A stretch of 64,000 nt of DNA from Candidatus Undinarchaeales archaeon (GTDB lineage Archaea; SpSt-1190; JASMDC01), in the NCBI GenBank assembly GCA_030753015.1, contig JASMDC010000001.1, positions 165,467 through 229,466 on the forward strand. The letters are read 5' to 3'. The position numbers and the translations under genes were made by a program. Within the stretch, counting starts at the first letter, position 1, and the number at the start of each line of letters is the position of its first letter. Below, piece by piece: positions 28,144 to 39,900 of the stretch. The notes under the pieces are model-generated. The model saw only the letters and a list, made by a program, of their open reading frames with translations. It was not told the origin of the DNA and searched no databases.

Positions 28144-28671
28144 ATGGAGCTCTACCTGATCCAGCATGCCCAGGCACACACCAAGGAGGAGGACCATGGT
28201 CGGAGCTTGAACACCGAGGGCCGGAAGACCATCGATAACGTATCCGCCCATCTCAAGCGTCTCGGGCTGCGGACGCATATTATCTATCATAGCACGAAGC
28301 TCCGGTCACGCCAGACCGCACAGGAGTACGCCAAGGTAATCCCTTCATGGCGGGGTTGCGTCGAGCGTCAGGGCCTCTGCCCCAACGATGATATCGGGCC
28401 CGTGATGGAAGAACTGAGCTCGAGTCGCAAGGCAGTGGCCATCGTCGGCCACCTCCCCTTCCTTTCCCGACTCGCCAGCGCGCTCCTCTTGGGGGATCCT
28501 GAACGGGACGTGATCAAATTCCAGCACGCCGGCGTGGTGAAGCTCGAGCGTAACGATGAGACTGGCCGCTGGCAGGTTGCCTGGACACTGTTCCCTGAGC
28601 TCCTGGCGCCGGCGTCTCTCCTGGACGAGGATGATGAAGAAGGGGACCGACCGCTTTTCCGTCGGCCCTGA
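28144..28671 (+). CDS. sixA: Phosphohistidine phosphatase SixA
   Basis: LYLIQHA, R.L..EG, HSTKLRSRQTA and VGHLPFLSRLAS motifs. Confidence 0.85.
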   Translation: MELYLIQHAQAHTKEEDHGRSLNTEGRKTIDNVSAHLKRLGLRTHIIYHSTKLRSRQTAQEYAKVIPSWRGCVERQGLCPNDDIGPVMEELSSSRKAVAIVGHLPFLSRLASALLLGDPERDVIKFQHAGVVKLERNDETGRWQVAWTLFPELLAPASLLDEDDEEGDRPLFRRP

Positions 28672-28674
28672 GCC

Positions 28675-29130
28675 TCACTCGGAAACGGGCTCGATCCACA
28701 CGCCGTCGGTCACCCGGTTCTCTTCGGAGATGCCTTTACGGATGGAGGCATGCTTCGGATTACCGACGAAGATCCAGGCCTTGAACCGCCTACCATCATT
28801 CCGTGTGACCGTGCGGACCTCGCGAGTGAAGGGCGGCGTCTTCTTGTTGATGTCCATGTAACTGTCGAAGATGTCAGGCTTATCGATGAGCTCGGGGAGC
28901 GTCATGAGCAGGCCGTGGACGATGTCATCTTTTCCGGGATTCTCAGGTTCGATGAGCACCGGGAAGGTGTCGATGTCAAAGAGCATCCCCTGGATTGCCG
29001 CGTCCTCGGTCTTCTTCGGCATCACCGAGAAGCACAGGTCGAGAAATGAGATGTTCATCAATGATCCGTACACGAATACCTTGTCCATATGCAATGCCCC
29101 CGTCTCCCCACAATTATTAAATCGGTACAA
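28675..29130 (-). CDS. Gamma-glutamylcyclotransferase (AIG2-like) family protein
   Basis: VFVYGSLM, FPVL, VHG and AWIF motifs; true start may be the later Met. Confidence 0.75.
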   Translation of the reverse strand: MYRFNNCGETGALHMDKVFVYGSLMNISFLDLCFSVMPKKTEDAAIQGMLFDIDTFPVLIEPENPGKDDIVHGLLMTLPELIDKPDIFDSYMDINKKTPPFTREVRTVTRNDGRRFKAWIFVGNPKHASIRKGISEENRVTDGVWIEPVSE

Positions 29131-29147
29131 TTCAATAAAGGTTTCGG

Positions 29148-29762
29148 TCAGGCCCTGCGTGGTACCTCACTATCCTTGCCCACGAGCGAGGCGACCGAGC
29201 GCGGGAACACCTTGGCCAACCGCCTGAGGAGGTCCTCGAGACCCACCAGGTCCGCAGTCAGGTGCCGCGCGATATCGTCGGTCCGGCCTTCCATGAACCA
29301 CAGGATGCACAGGAGGTTCTCCCGTCCCTGCTGCTCCCGCCCTACGAGCAGATGCTCGAGCACGTTGGAGTCCGATGCACCCTGGCCGGGATTGACCATC
29401 GTCTCGACGAAGAGGCGCTTGAGATCGAAGTGTCTCTTCCGTGCGACCGATATGCGATCCCCCAGAGGGATGTCGTGCTGGAGGCATTTCGCGGCAAGGA
29501 AGTTGAAGTCGTAGGCACCGTTCCAGGTGACGATGGGCTCACCGCGGTGCGCCTCCATCATCTCGAGGAGAGGGGGAAGGCATCGCTCGAGGAATGTCAG
29601 CTCCGATTCCATTACGAGCGTGCCGTCACCGGCATCGTCACAGCGGCGGACCCACAGTGTTGGCTCACCGCCCAGTGATTTGATACCGACGGCCGTGACC
29701 TGGTTGATGAACGTATCAGCACCCGTGCCCTCGATGTCGAAAAGAATGGTCATGCTCACCAT
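29148..29762 (-). CDS. RNase H-like DEDD exonuclease domain protein (YprB-like)
   Basis: FDIEGTG, VTWNGAYDFNFL, HFDL and H...DL motifs. Confidence 0.75.
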   Translation of the reverse strand: MVSMTILFDIEGTGADTFINQVTAVGIKSLGGEPTLWVRRCDDAGDGTLVMESELTFLERCLPPLLEMMEAHRGEPIVTWNGAYDFNFLAAKCLQHDIPLGDRISVARKRHFDLKRLFVETMVNPGQGASDSNVLEHLLVGREQQGRENLLCILWFMEGRTDDIARHLTADLVGLEDLLRRLAKVFPRSVASLVGKDSEVPRRA

Positions 29763-29805
29763 GGGGGGGACAACACATAAAACCCTGAGCCGCCATCACG
29801 GATCC

Positions 29806-29964
29806 ATGGACGTCGGGTGGGTGAAGCGCGACCTGCTCTGTGACAACTGTCACTAGGAGCGCACGCACATCCGTATCGTCGACATAGGTCTCTACCGGAA
29901 GGACATGGTCCTGTACGCATCGTGCCTGGCGGAACTGAAGGGGCTTCTGGATAGGGCCGATTAA
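29806..29964 (+). pseudogene. Small zinc-finger-like ORF interrupted by an in-frame TAG
   Basis: MDVGWVKRDLLCDNCH*ERTHIRIVDIGLYRKDMVLYASCLAELKGLLDRAD*; TAG at 29854. Confidence 0.4.
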
Positions 29965-30016
29965 CGGGTGCGCCTGACCGGTTTACTTATAAGGATAACG
30001 CTCCCCAACTGGGGTC

Positions 30017-32119
30017 ATGGTTATCAAGAGCGAGAAGAAGAGCGATACTGAGTCTCTTCTCAAGCGCATCGATGCGCTCAACCGCAACATCGGGGAGCTC
30101 GAGTACAGGACCGACTCCCTGGAGGGCGGATCCACCCCGTGGATGCTCGCCACGGGAGTACTGGCCCTGGCCATTATCATCTCGGCCGTGGGATTTGCGA
30201 ACGGTTCCATAAGGGTGAACGCGGCCGGACTTCCCGCCGCAGGCACCGGGACCGCGTCGGACCTTAACGTCGAGGGGATGTACAACCTCATGCTCGAAAA
30301 GGGTCTGCCGTCGGAGGAGATCGATACGATCCTCATGCGCGGTGGTATCCAGAAGACGGACGTGGACAAGATACGGTACAAGGTTACCACCACCGGTGCC
30401 GCCCCGACGGCGACACCTACGGCGAAACCGCCCACTCCCACTGATAAGCCGCCCAGCGCGGCCACACCCACGCCCAGGCCCAAATCCAGCGGCACCGGCG
30501 AGCAGGTCAACTTCCAGATGTTCGTCATGACCTACTGTCCCTTCGGCACCCAGGCCGAGGCCGGCATGCTCGACGCCTGGGACCGCATCGGCAAGTACGT
30601 CGACCTGGACGTCCGCTTCGTTATCTACAGCCAGTACCAGGGCGGGGGCGACGACTACTGCATCGACGGCGGCGAACTCTGCTCAATGCATGGCATCGCG
30701 GAGCTCAACGAGGGCATCCGCCAGGCGTGCATCATGAAGTACTACGACATGGACAAGTGGGTCGAGTACACCAAGATAATCAATGCCCAGTGCTCGCTGG
30801 GCGACATCGAGACCTGCTGGAAGGGTATCGCCAAGGACGTCGGCGTGGACGTCGCCAAGATCAGCACCTGTCAGAAGGACGAGGGCGTTGCGCTCATGCG
30901 TGCCGACAAGGACGAAGGGGACGCTCTGGGCGTCCGCGGATCTCCGACCATGTTCATCAACAGTGCACCCTACAGCGGCGGCCGTGATGCTCTGAGCTAC
31001 ACGCGGGCTATCTGCAACGAGCTCAATAACGAGCCGTCCGAGTGCGGGAGCCTGCCCGCCTGCGGCCAGGACACCGACTGCACAAAGACCGGCAAGATCG
31101 GCAAGTGCGTCAATCCCAACACCGATGACGCGGCCTGCGAGTTCATCGACCCGGTGGCGGTCAAGCTCACCATACTCAACAAGCAGAGCGACCCGTCCTG
31201 CGACTCGTCGCAGATCGAGGCCGCACTCGTGCGCCTCTTCCCCGGCGTCGATGTAGAAAAAGTGGACGTTGCTTCCGCTGAGGGCAAGGCTCTCGTCGAG
31301 AAGTACGACGTCCTCATCGTGCCCAAGTACATCCTGGACGATAACCTCGAGAACACCAACACTTGGGACACGAACGTGGGTATCCGCTCCGTGTTCGAGA
31401 ATAAGGGCGACGTCTGGATGCTGACCGACGATGCGTCCGGTGCTAGCTGCTACATAAGCGACGAGGCGAAGGTCGCGGCCGAGGAAGCCGCGTGCGCCCA
31501 GATCCCCAAGGCCGACGTGCCCACCATGAAGATGTTCGTGATGACCTACTGTCCGTTCGGCACACAAGCCCTGGACGGTATCAAGCCCGTTGTAGAGCTC
31601 CTCGGGGACAAGATCAATGTGGAGCCTCACTACGTCATATACGCGAACTACAATGGCGGAGGTCCCGATTACTGCCTGGACGACGATAGTAAGTACTGTT
31701 CCATGCACGGGATCCAGGAGCTCAACGAGGGCGTGCGTCAGCTCTGCATCTATCGTGACCAGCGCGACAAGTGGTGGGAGTACTACACGCTCGTCAGTAA
31801 AGGGTGCAGCTCGAACAACGTGGACAGCTGCTGGGAGGCCAAAGCCAAGACCGCGGGCATCGACATCGATGCCGTGAAGAAGTGCTACGAGGATGAAGCA
31901 TTGGATCTGCTAGCGGAGGAAGTGAAGCTCAACGAGAAGTACGGTGCTCGTGGCTCGCCGACCATGGTGATCAACGAGGTGGCCTACCAGGGCAACCGGG
32001 ATCCGGAGAGCTTCAAGAGCTCCCTCTGCTGCGGCTTCAAGGCGGGACAGCGACCTTCCGGATGCGACACGAAGCTGGCCGGCGGCGGCTCCGCCCCCGC
32101 ACCGCAAGGTAACTGCTAG
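30017..32119 (+). CDS. Membrane-anchored protein with duplicated GILT/DsbA-like thioredoxin-fold domains
   Basis: Two copies each of MFVMTYCPFG, CSMHGIxELNEGxRQxCI and GxRGSPTMxIN; N-terminal TM. Confidence 0.8.
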   Translation: MVIKSEKKSDTESLLKRIDALNRNIGELEYRTDSLEGGSTPWMLATGVLALAIIISAVGFANGSIRVNAAGLPAAGTGTASDLNVEGMYNLMLEKGLPSEEIDTILMRGGIQKTDVDKIRYKVTTTGAAPTATPTAKPPTPTDKPPSAATPTPRPKSSGTGEQVNFQMFVMTYCPFGTQAEAGMLDAWDRIGKYVDLDVRFVIYSQYQGGGDDYCIDGGELCSMHGIAELNEGIRQACIMKYYDMDKWVEYTKIINAQCSLGDIETCWKGIAKDVGVDVAKISTCQKDEGVALMRADKDEGDALGVRGSPTMFINSAPYSGGRDALSYTRAICNELNNEPSECGSLPACGQDTDCTKTGKIGKCVNPNTDDAACEFIDPVAVKLTILNKQSDPSCDSSQIEAALVRLFPGVDVEKVDVASAEGKALVEKYDVLIVPKYILDDNLENTNTWDTNVGIRSVFENKGDVWMLTDDASGASCYISDEAKVAAEEAACAQIPKADVPTMKMFVMTYCPFGTQALDGIKPVVELLGDKINVEPHYVIYANYNGGGPDYCLDDDSKYCSMHGIQELNEGVRQLCIYRDQRDKWWEYYTLVSKGCSSNNVDSCWEAKAKTAGIDIDAVKKCYEDEALDLLAEEVKLNEKYGARGSPTMVINEVAYQGNRDPESFKSSLCCGFKAGQRPSGCDTKLAGGGSAPAPQGNC

Positions 32120-32210
32120 GTCGGATATCGAAGGAACAGGGGGGGTGCGGGCACGTCCCGCACCCACCGCCGCTAAAGATTTAAACCAAGCTCTGGCCTT
32201 GGTCACACAT

Positions 32211-32699
32211 ATGGCACCGCAGGCGAACGGCCGGCCTGACTGGGACGAGTACTACATGAGGATCGCCCTGGACGCGGCCCGCCGGTCGACTTGCCTTCGC
32301 CATCATGTGGGCGCCATCATCGTCAAGGACCGTCAGATACTCGCAACCGGGTACAACGGAGCGCCGCGGGGATTCCCGCACTGTGAGACGATCGGCTGCC
32401 TTCGCGAGCAACTGGGCATCCCCTCAGGGGAGCAGACCGAACTGTGCAACGCAGTGCACGCCGAGCAGAACGCCATAATCCAGGCCGCCGTGCACGGAGT
32501 GTCCCTTGCAGGCGGCATTCTCTACACGACCCACCAACCGTGCATACACTGCTCGAAGATGATCATCAACGCCCGGTTGGACCGTGTCGTGTACGGTAGG
32601 GACTACTCGGAGACGCGCGGGCTCGAGATGATGCGCAAGGTAGGCATCGAAGTAGTGCGCTTCGACGGCGACCTCGAGATCACTGACCTCCGAGAGTAG
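32211..32699 (+). CDS. dCMP deaminase (ComEB family)
   Basis: RPDWDEYYM, RSTC, TGYNGAP, HAEQNAI and PCIHC motifs; TTTAAA ~26 bp before ATG 32211. Confidence 0.92.
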   Translation: MAPQANGRPDWDEYYMRIALDAARRSTCLRHHVGAIIVKDRQILATGYNGAPRGFPHCETIGCLREQLGIPSGEQTELCNAVHAEQNAIIQAAVHGVSLAGGILYTTHQPCIHCSKMIINARLDRVVYGRDYSETRGLEMMRKVGIEVVRFDGDLEITDLRE

Positions 32700-32717
32700 G
32701 CCGAACCCCGAAAACCT

Positions 32718-32972
32718 CTACATCCGGTCCTTCCGGGTCTCCGTCCACTCCATCTCGTTCATGAGCGCGTCTCGTGCCGCCTCGAGCTCCTCGAGCACCT
32801 TATGGAAACCCACTATTCGCTTGTCCTTGCCCGAACCCGTGGAGCTTCGGAGCTGGCCAGTGAACCGGTCGAGCTCCTCCAACTTATTACGGACCGCTCT
32901 GATGTCCCGGAGGAGGGCGAACCGGCGAGTACGTACCAGGGACTTCTTCTCGTCATCCATCCGTGAGACCAA
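32718..32972 (-). CDS. Small coiled-coil hypothetical protein
   Basis: 84-aa charged helical ORF filling the gap between genes. Confidence 0.5.
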   Translation of the reverse strand: MVSRMDDEKKSLVRTRRFALLRDIRAVRNKLEELDRFTGQLRSSTGSGKDKRIVGFHKVLEELEAARDALMNEMEWTETRKDRM

Positions 32973-33002
32973 TGTCGGCGGTCGTTGAAAAAGCTTTGCT
33001 TC

Positions 33003-33896
33003 TCAGAGCACGCTCACACGAGCGGTGCGCTCGACCTCTTTCCCGGTGTCACCGTTCTGGACCACCACGCGGAGGACGAAGGCACCGGGCTCACGGGGCG
33101 CATCGATCCCGATCCGCCAGGTCCCATCGGCCTGGGCAGTAGCGCACGCGCACATGCCGCAACGTTCGTCGACCGAACATGGCACCCAGCCGGACGGCGC
33201 GCTACCGTCCCACTCGAGGCCGATACCGACACTGAAGGTCGATCCGGACAGGCCACCGGGCGTGGAAACGACGCCCTCCACGACCAGCGGATCGCCGGGA
33301 GCTACGGTGGAGGGGATGTCACTGAGCGAAACCAAGAACGTCTCCCCTCCCGGGGAACCGGCGAAAGTGAACGCCGCGCCTAGAAATAGGACGCTCGCGA
33401 CCACCGCCGTCATACCACCTGTGTTCTCCTCGCGGCCGGCGAGGGCCCATTGCTCGTACACGACGAAACCGAAATTGACCGTCATGATGAGGGCCATGCC
33501 CTGGGCCATCTCACCGGCCGGGGGGAGGACGCCAAGGAAAGCTGCAAGTCCCGATGAGTTGAGGGGTTCAAGTGCCTTAACGATCAGGCGCAGGACCAGC
33601 AGGAGGAGGATGGCCAGGAGCCCGGTCCAGACCTCGGGATTGCCACGATGCTCCTCGCTGGCCTTCTGCACCGCCTCGCTACGGAGAGCGGCCACCAGAG
33701 GGACGTGGACGGCCACCACACCGCCTAGGCCGAGCGCCGGCAGGAGCCAGTACGGTCCCCCGGAGAAGAGGAGGGAGATGTAGAGGATAATGATGAGGAA
33801 GACCGGGAGGACCACGGCGATTGTGGGCAGTACGCGGGCGCTCCCCGTACGTACTACGGACATTCCGATTGCGTCCGTGTAGGGCTCCAGGTCCAT
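33003..33896 (-). CDS. Multi-TM protein with C-terminal Ig-like domain
   Basis: About five hydrophobic segments, then a beta-rich domain. Confidence 0.7.
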   Translation of the reverse strand: MDLEPYTDAIGMSVVRTGSARVLPTIAVVLPVFLIIILYISLLFSGGPYWLLPALGLGGVVAVHVPLVAALRSEAVQKASEEHRGNPEVWTGLLAILLLLVLRLIVKALEPLNSSGLAAFLGVLPPAGEMAQGMALIMTVNFGFVVYEQWALAGREENTGGMTAVVASVLFLGAAFTFAGSPGGETFLVSLSDIPSTVAPGDPLVVEGVVSTPGGLSGSTFSVGIGLEWDGSAPSGWVPCSVDERCGMCACATAQADGTWRIGIDAPREPGAFVLRVVVQNGDTGKEVERTARVSVL

Positions 33897-33934
33897 ACCG
33901 CACCCTCGGAGGACCGCGAACTATTTATTGTCAT

Positions 33935-33968
33935 CCCCCCGGACGGGCCCGGTCGGCCCGCCCGGGGA
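33935..33968. terminator. GC-rich hairpin downstream of the giant gene
   Basis: ccccgg-a-cgggcc...ggcccg-c-ccgggg inverted repeat; function not shown. Confidence 0.3.
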
Positions 33969-33991
33969 GAAACCCCTTCATGTCCCCTTTC

Positions 33992-36900
33992 TTACACTGC
34001 TGCAGCTATGCAGGAGCAAGTGCTGCCGGGCGGATCGCACACGCCCTCGGATCGGAACGTGCACGTCGGCTGGTCCACCAGGATCTCGCAGGTGGGTAGA
34101 CAACCTGTGCACTCCACACGCAGCACACAGGTACCCAGTGCATAGGTGATGGTGTAGTCCTTGGGACCCTCGCCCTGGACGGTGGATAGGTCCTGGACGT
34201 CTAGGACAGCGTACGGGTAGGTGATCCGCGACAGCTGCCGCTTGAACCAGTCCACGTCGTCCGCGACCGCGTGCACCAGGATATTGTACGAGTGCCCCTC
34301 CTCGGCAAGGAAGGCGTCGGTCGTGATGGTGTACTTGCCATCCTTTGCCAGCGCTTTGTCCTTGAGATCGGCCGTAGCGGCCGTAATAGCGGTCCCCGAC
34401 TCGTCCTGCACGGTCACCTTCACGGTCCCATCGAACGCTACGCCCACTGCATTGCGCACCGTGACCTGGGCCCTGACATCCCGTTTCTGGTATAGACCTG
34501 TCGCCGGGATGTGCTCGCCGTCCGCGTCGATGAAGTTCGCGCCGGCCACCTTGAGCTCTGGGTTCTCGATCTTCAGGTAGGCGTCGGGGTACTCCATCAG
34601 GACATTGATATAGTCCTCGGGGCAGGTGTCGCAGATCACCGGCGTGGAGAGGACGGACTTGGCCACGAGCTGGTCGTTCTTGTCGAAGGCCTCGAATCCG
34701 ATGCGAAGGATGTTGCCGAAGTAGGCGAACTCCTTGGGCACCGTGAACGTGTTGGTCTTGACGATGACGGGGTCGGTGATCTTGGCCGCGTACGTATGCG
34801 ATACCCGTGTACCCTCTATCTCCCTGTTGTTGGTGTCCGTCAGATAGACATCCGCCTTCAGCGGGAAGTATTCGGACACGAGCTTCACGTGACCGGTCAC
34901 TTCCTGGAACGGGTAGGCCGTGATGATGCGCTCCTCATTGAAGAACGCGTCCGTTGGCGCGATAACGCCCATCTTGAGCACGCTCACTCCCGTCTTCGAC
35001 TCGTAGGCGCCGACGACACCGGAACCATCCCGTAGGTTCAGTACGAGCCAGACCTCGTTACCGATCCATGATGCATCCACGTCGAAGGGTTCGCTCTCCA
35101 GTGTGATCGTGGCTGCCGGAATGAGGTTGATCTCGTTGTTCCCTTGGACCGTTCCGAGGGTGTTGTACTCGATGTAGTCGCTCCAATCGCACCCCGTCTC
35201 GGGGCACGGTGGAAGGACAATCACCCCGAACGATACCTGTCCACTGAAGTACAGAGCGCCCGCGTTGGTGATGTCGGCCTTCACGGTCGCTATGTCACCA
35301 CCATAGACCGTGGTCTGGGCGACGTCGTCCTTGTAGAGCCCCAGTCCCGATACGGTGAAGCTCGGCAGCATCCCCTTCTTGGCCTGTGCGCACTTGATGT
35401 TCTCGGCGATGGAGTACGTACTGGGACTGCGCTGGAAGCATCCGATGATCTGTCGGTACACTTTATCATTGGCACCGCAGTCTCCCAGGCCGGGTATCTC
35501 CCCGTTCATGCACTTGAGCAGTGTGGTCGAGTCCTGTGTGATGGGTGCCTCGATACAGCCCTTCTCACAATCGACGTTCGCTTCCTTACACGCAGCTTCA
35601 CATGCCTTCTCGTTCGAGGGGTATAGGTCCTGACAGGCCTTCTGGCATGTCGCGTACTCGTCCTGATAGTAGCACTTCTTCGTGAGCGGCTTCTCCTCCA
35701 GACCCTGGTAACAGCAGTAATTGTTCAGGTCAGAGTACTTGGTCCTGCATTTGTCGAAGTGCACCTTCCCGTCCTTGAACACTGCGGCACTGGAACATTC
35801 GGTCGTGGAGGTGTCCTCGAACGGGTTCGGGAGGTCGAGTGTGTCAGGCTCGATACCGAAGAGGCTGTTGCAGCACGCCATCATCTTGGACTTCACGTCC
35901 GGGGATATCTCTGGCGCATCGCACTTCTGGCTCGTGCCCTTCCACTCGAAGCCGATGTTGCAGACGCAGTAGCCGAGCTCGGAATGGCACCGGCCATTGA
36001 TGGCGCCGATGTTGCACGTCTCGCGGCAGAACGCGGCGCAGAAGTTGGCCGAGCTGGGATCCTCCTCCGGAGGGATCTCTTCGGGGGTGACGCAGTAGTG
36101 GAGCGAGGTATCGCAAACCTCGTTCTGGAGACAGTCGCTGTTCGACGAGCAGCACTCGGCACGGTTCGTGCAACAGATACCGCTCTTACAGTTACCACTG
36201 ATGCAGTGGTTGGGATAGGTGCACGACTCACCGTTGTCCTTGGAATTGGGCTGGACGTAGTTCGGGTCTTCTATACAGTAGTTATCCCCTCCGCACATCT
36301 GTCCCGAGGACGTGGAACACTGGTCCGGGCCCGTGCAGCACTGCTCATGGCGCTTGCAGCAGATATTGCTGCGGCAGTTCGCGCTCTTGCACTCGTCGTC
36401 ATAGTCGCAGTCGCCACCATCGTCCTCTTTCGGATCGGACGGACAGGCGGTGCCTCCCGCCGTCTTCAGACAGTAGGAGGTGTTCGGGTCGCACTTGGCG
36501 TCAGAGCCGAAGCTCAAGCAGTGGCTGTCGACGAAACAGCAGTATCTACTGTTTGCGCAGCAGATGTCGTTGATACAGTTCCCCGAGGGGCAGTCGCTGT
36601 TCCTGTTGCATCCCTGGCCGATACCCGTGGTGTCATCGGTGTCCGTGTTACTATCGGTATCAGTATCCGTGTCGGTGTCAGTATCGGCATCCGTGTCGGT
36701 GTCAGTATCGGTATCATCGTCCGTTTCAGGGGTGATTGTCTGACCCCCCGTCGTCGTATAGGACATGCACGACTGGTGGATCTCGTAGAGGAGCGTGTCG
36801 TCCTGAATGGGCGTGGTCGCCGAGTCGACAGCGTTGAGCTTGCTCAGTGCGCTGTCGTGCTTCGTACCCCAGTCATCGAACTGCTGGTCCTTGATGGTCT

Positions 36901-39900
36901 TCTCCTCAGTGTCGCCCATCTCGCAGCGGCCGATGGGCTTGTCGCTGGTGATCGTCCCATCGATGATGCACCGAGAATCCCGGGCAAAGGACATCGGACC
37001 TGAGCCCTCGGGCTGGCTCGTGAGATACTGCAGCACCTTCTGATAGAACGGATCGATGAGCGCCTCGCGCTCTTCAGGCAGATGATACTTCGGCTGGTAA
37101 GCGCAGTCACCCGAGTAGCCGAGCTCCCGGTACCGGACGACGATATCGGGGCATTCGTCCTTGAACTTCCAGTCAGCGGTCCCTGCCCCGATCGACTCGA
37201 TGCCCTGGTACTGTGTCACTGTACCTTGCTCGTTCTCGTCGGCAGTGTCCGTGATGATCCTGTCGACCATGGCGACCGAGTTCTTGAGGTTCTTGCGGAA
37301 GGTGTCGGTGGAGCCCTTGTCCGCGATCTCAGCGAGCTTTGTGTTCAATTGAATGAGGACGCTAGTGACTTTAACGTCGTCAATATTGGTAGATCCCTCG
37401 TACTCATCGATGAGGTCGCTGGTAACCTCGATGCCTGTCACGAGCTCATCGATAAAGGTCTTGAGCGTTGTGACGACGTTCTGGACCGTGTCCCGGGTGC
37501 GGCACGGGCCAGCTTTGATCTCGTCGTACAGATCCTCGGCGCCGTCCACCGTGCACAGGTCCTTGAGGTCGGACACCTGCTGCTGACACTCCACGAGCTT
37601 TGCGGGGACGATTGCCATGTTCGTGCGGTACTCGACCTCGAGGACGCCTGCCGAGATGTCGGTCTCGTCGTTGGTACAGATGACCTTGCCCTCCGAGTCC
37701 GTCCTCTCGCACTCATCGGAACATCCGTTCTTCTCCTCGCAGTTCGATGTCGCGGCGCTGAATCCGAGGTCGGAACCTGCGGCTGGATCGTTCGCCGAGC
37801 AGATGTAGAGCTGGTTTGAATCGCACGAGGTGCTGCAGCAGTCCTTGTCACTCCCAGCGTAGCCGTTGTCGTCGGTCTTCGGGTTCATTTCGTCGGCCTT
37901 GCACTCGATGCTATTGAGGCCGCCGTCATGCACGTCCACTCCAGCAACACATGGCAGAGGGATGCAAACGGGGCAGTTCAATGCTTTCTGGAAGTCATCG
38001 GTGCGAGCGGTAAGGTCCGAGGCAAGCGCCGGGCACTTGGTGTTCGTCTCCGTCAGGCAGATCGCCTGGACACCCCGGTGACAGAGTCCGGGGACGAACG
38101 CATCGCTGGCCACGAAGTCCTCTGTGATATAGGTCTCCAGGCCGAGGTCCGCATCGCAAGCACAGAACTTACCGGGACTGCAGACAGAGGGGACGGTTGT
38201 GGACGAACCACTGGAAGGATTGGAGGTCACCCAAGCGAATGAGTCACGCTTGAACTCGCAGCTAGTTGTAGCGATGTTCGATTGACTGCCACCCGGAGCC
38301 AGGTCGATGTGAACGGCCGTGCTAGTGCTCTTGTTCACGTATCCCTTGACATCGTTCGTGTTCTTGATCTTATAGAACACGATATTCTGATAGCCCTTGT
38401 TCTTCAATGCCGTCTTGCAGTGGAAGTCGTTGTCCTCGGAGTCCTTGTCGGGTAGATCATCCAAGTCGATGGGGGTGCCGAAGATGAACTCGATCTCCAC
38501 ATCATCGATCTTCACATTCACACCTGTGGGGATCTGCTGTTGCCCCGTGCCTGTTGAGGCGGTGTAGCCGGTGCCCAGGAAGTCGGTAAGTGCCGTATTG
38601 CACGAGTCGCACTGCTTTTCCAGAGCGTCCAGCATCGTGATGAGGTTGGCGTGCAGGTCGGTATAGAACTCATGGGCGCCCACTTGGAATTTCTTCACCT
38701 CTTTGAGGTAATCTGCGAAGTTGTTCTTGGCAGGTATCTCTCCGTCCTCGCACTTGACATTTCCGAGATGGTTGGCGATGTCTTTCTGCTCAGCGTCACC
38801 ATCGTATTCAGTGATATCGATGTGGTCTATGTCCTCACCGATAAGCTCTTCGTCCCTAGAGCAGGCGCCGATGTTCAGGACCGAGCTCTTGACCTTGAAG
38901 ATCCTGAGGTTGTCCGCATCTCCCGGATCGATACTGATGAGTTCATCACCGAGGAAGTCCTCGAGCTGCGTGATACACGCGGCCCTGCTACAACCGCTCG
39001 TAAGGTCAGGGTCTGGGGAGATGCACACCTCGTACTTCATACCATTGGTCGTGGTACCATCATTGTTCGTGTCGCTGAATCCGCTAACGTACGTGTGCTT
39101 AACCTTACATCCGAGGCATCCTTTCTCCGCAGCCGGCCGGTGTTCCAGGAGCCTGAGGTAGGCGATCGTCATGGCGTAGGGAGTGACATCGTACTGATCG
39201 GGATCGGCTTTGACCTCGTCATTCGGGAAGAACAGCCTCTGGACATATCCGGGATCACCGCCCTCCTCCGATTCGCAGAGGGACTTGTACTTGTCGTCAC
39301 AATTATTATCGTTCCATTTCCCTGAGGTGTAGATCTGGCCACAATCCTCGTTACCCCACCAATTGTTCGGTTCGTTGTTTTTCCAGTTAGAATAGAGTCG
39401 CTCCGTATTCGGGGGTCCATCGGACTCGCAGATACCCTCGTGCTTGTCCGTGCACTTCTCATCGTTCCATACTCCGTTCGAGTAGACCTCGACACAGTTC
39501 TCACCCGTGCCGCCGTTCGGTTCGCCCGATTTCCACTTAGCGAATGCGTTAGACACGCCCTCAACCCAGGTCCAACCACCTTCAGAACCTTCGTCAGTCA
39601 AGCCGATCCATTTGTCTCCCGAGAACTGGGCCTTGATGTAATTGTTCTCCCCGTCATCATTGATGGTCGTTAAATAACCACCCCACCCGACGCATTTTGC
39701 CTTGGCTTCTGCCCATGTGAGTTTTTCAGTGGGTTTGTAGCAGTGACCATTGTAGAAGTAGCCGTCGCTACAGACATCGGATAAGTCACTAAAGGACGGA
39801 TCTGTCGTCCATACATAGCGACCCTCCTGAGTACGGTCATTGTAACCGATCCAGAGATTCTCAGCGAACGTCTCCTTGATAAATTCGTTCTCCAATGCAT

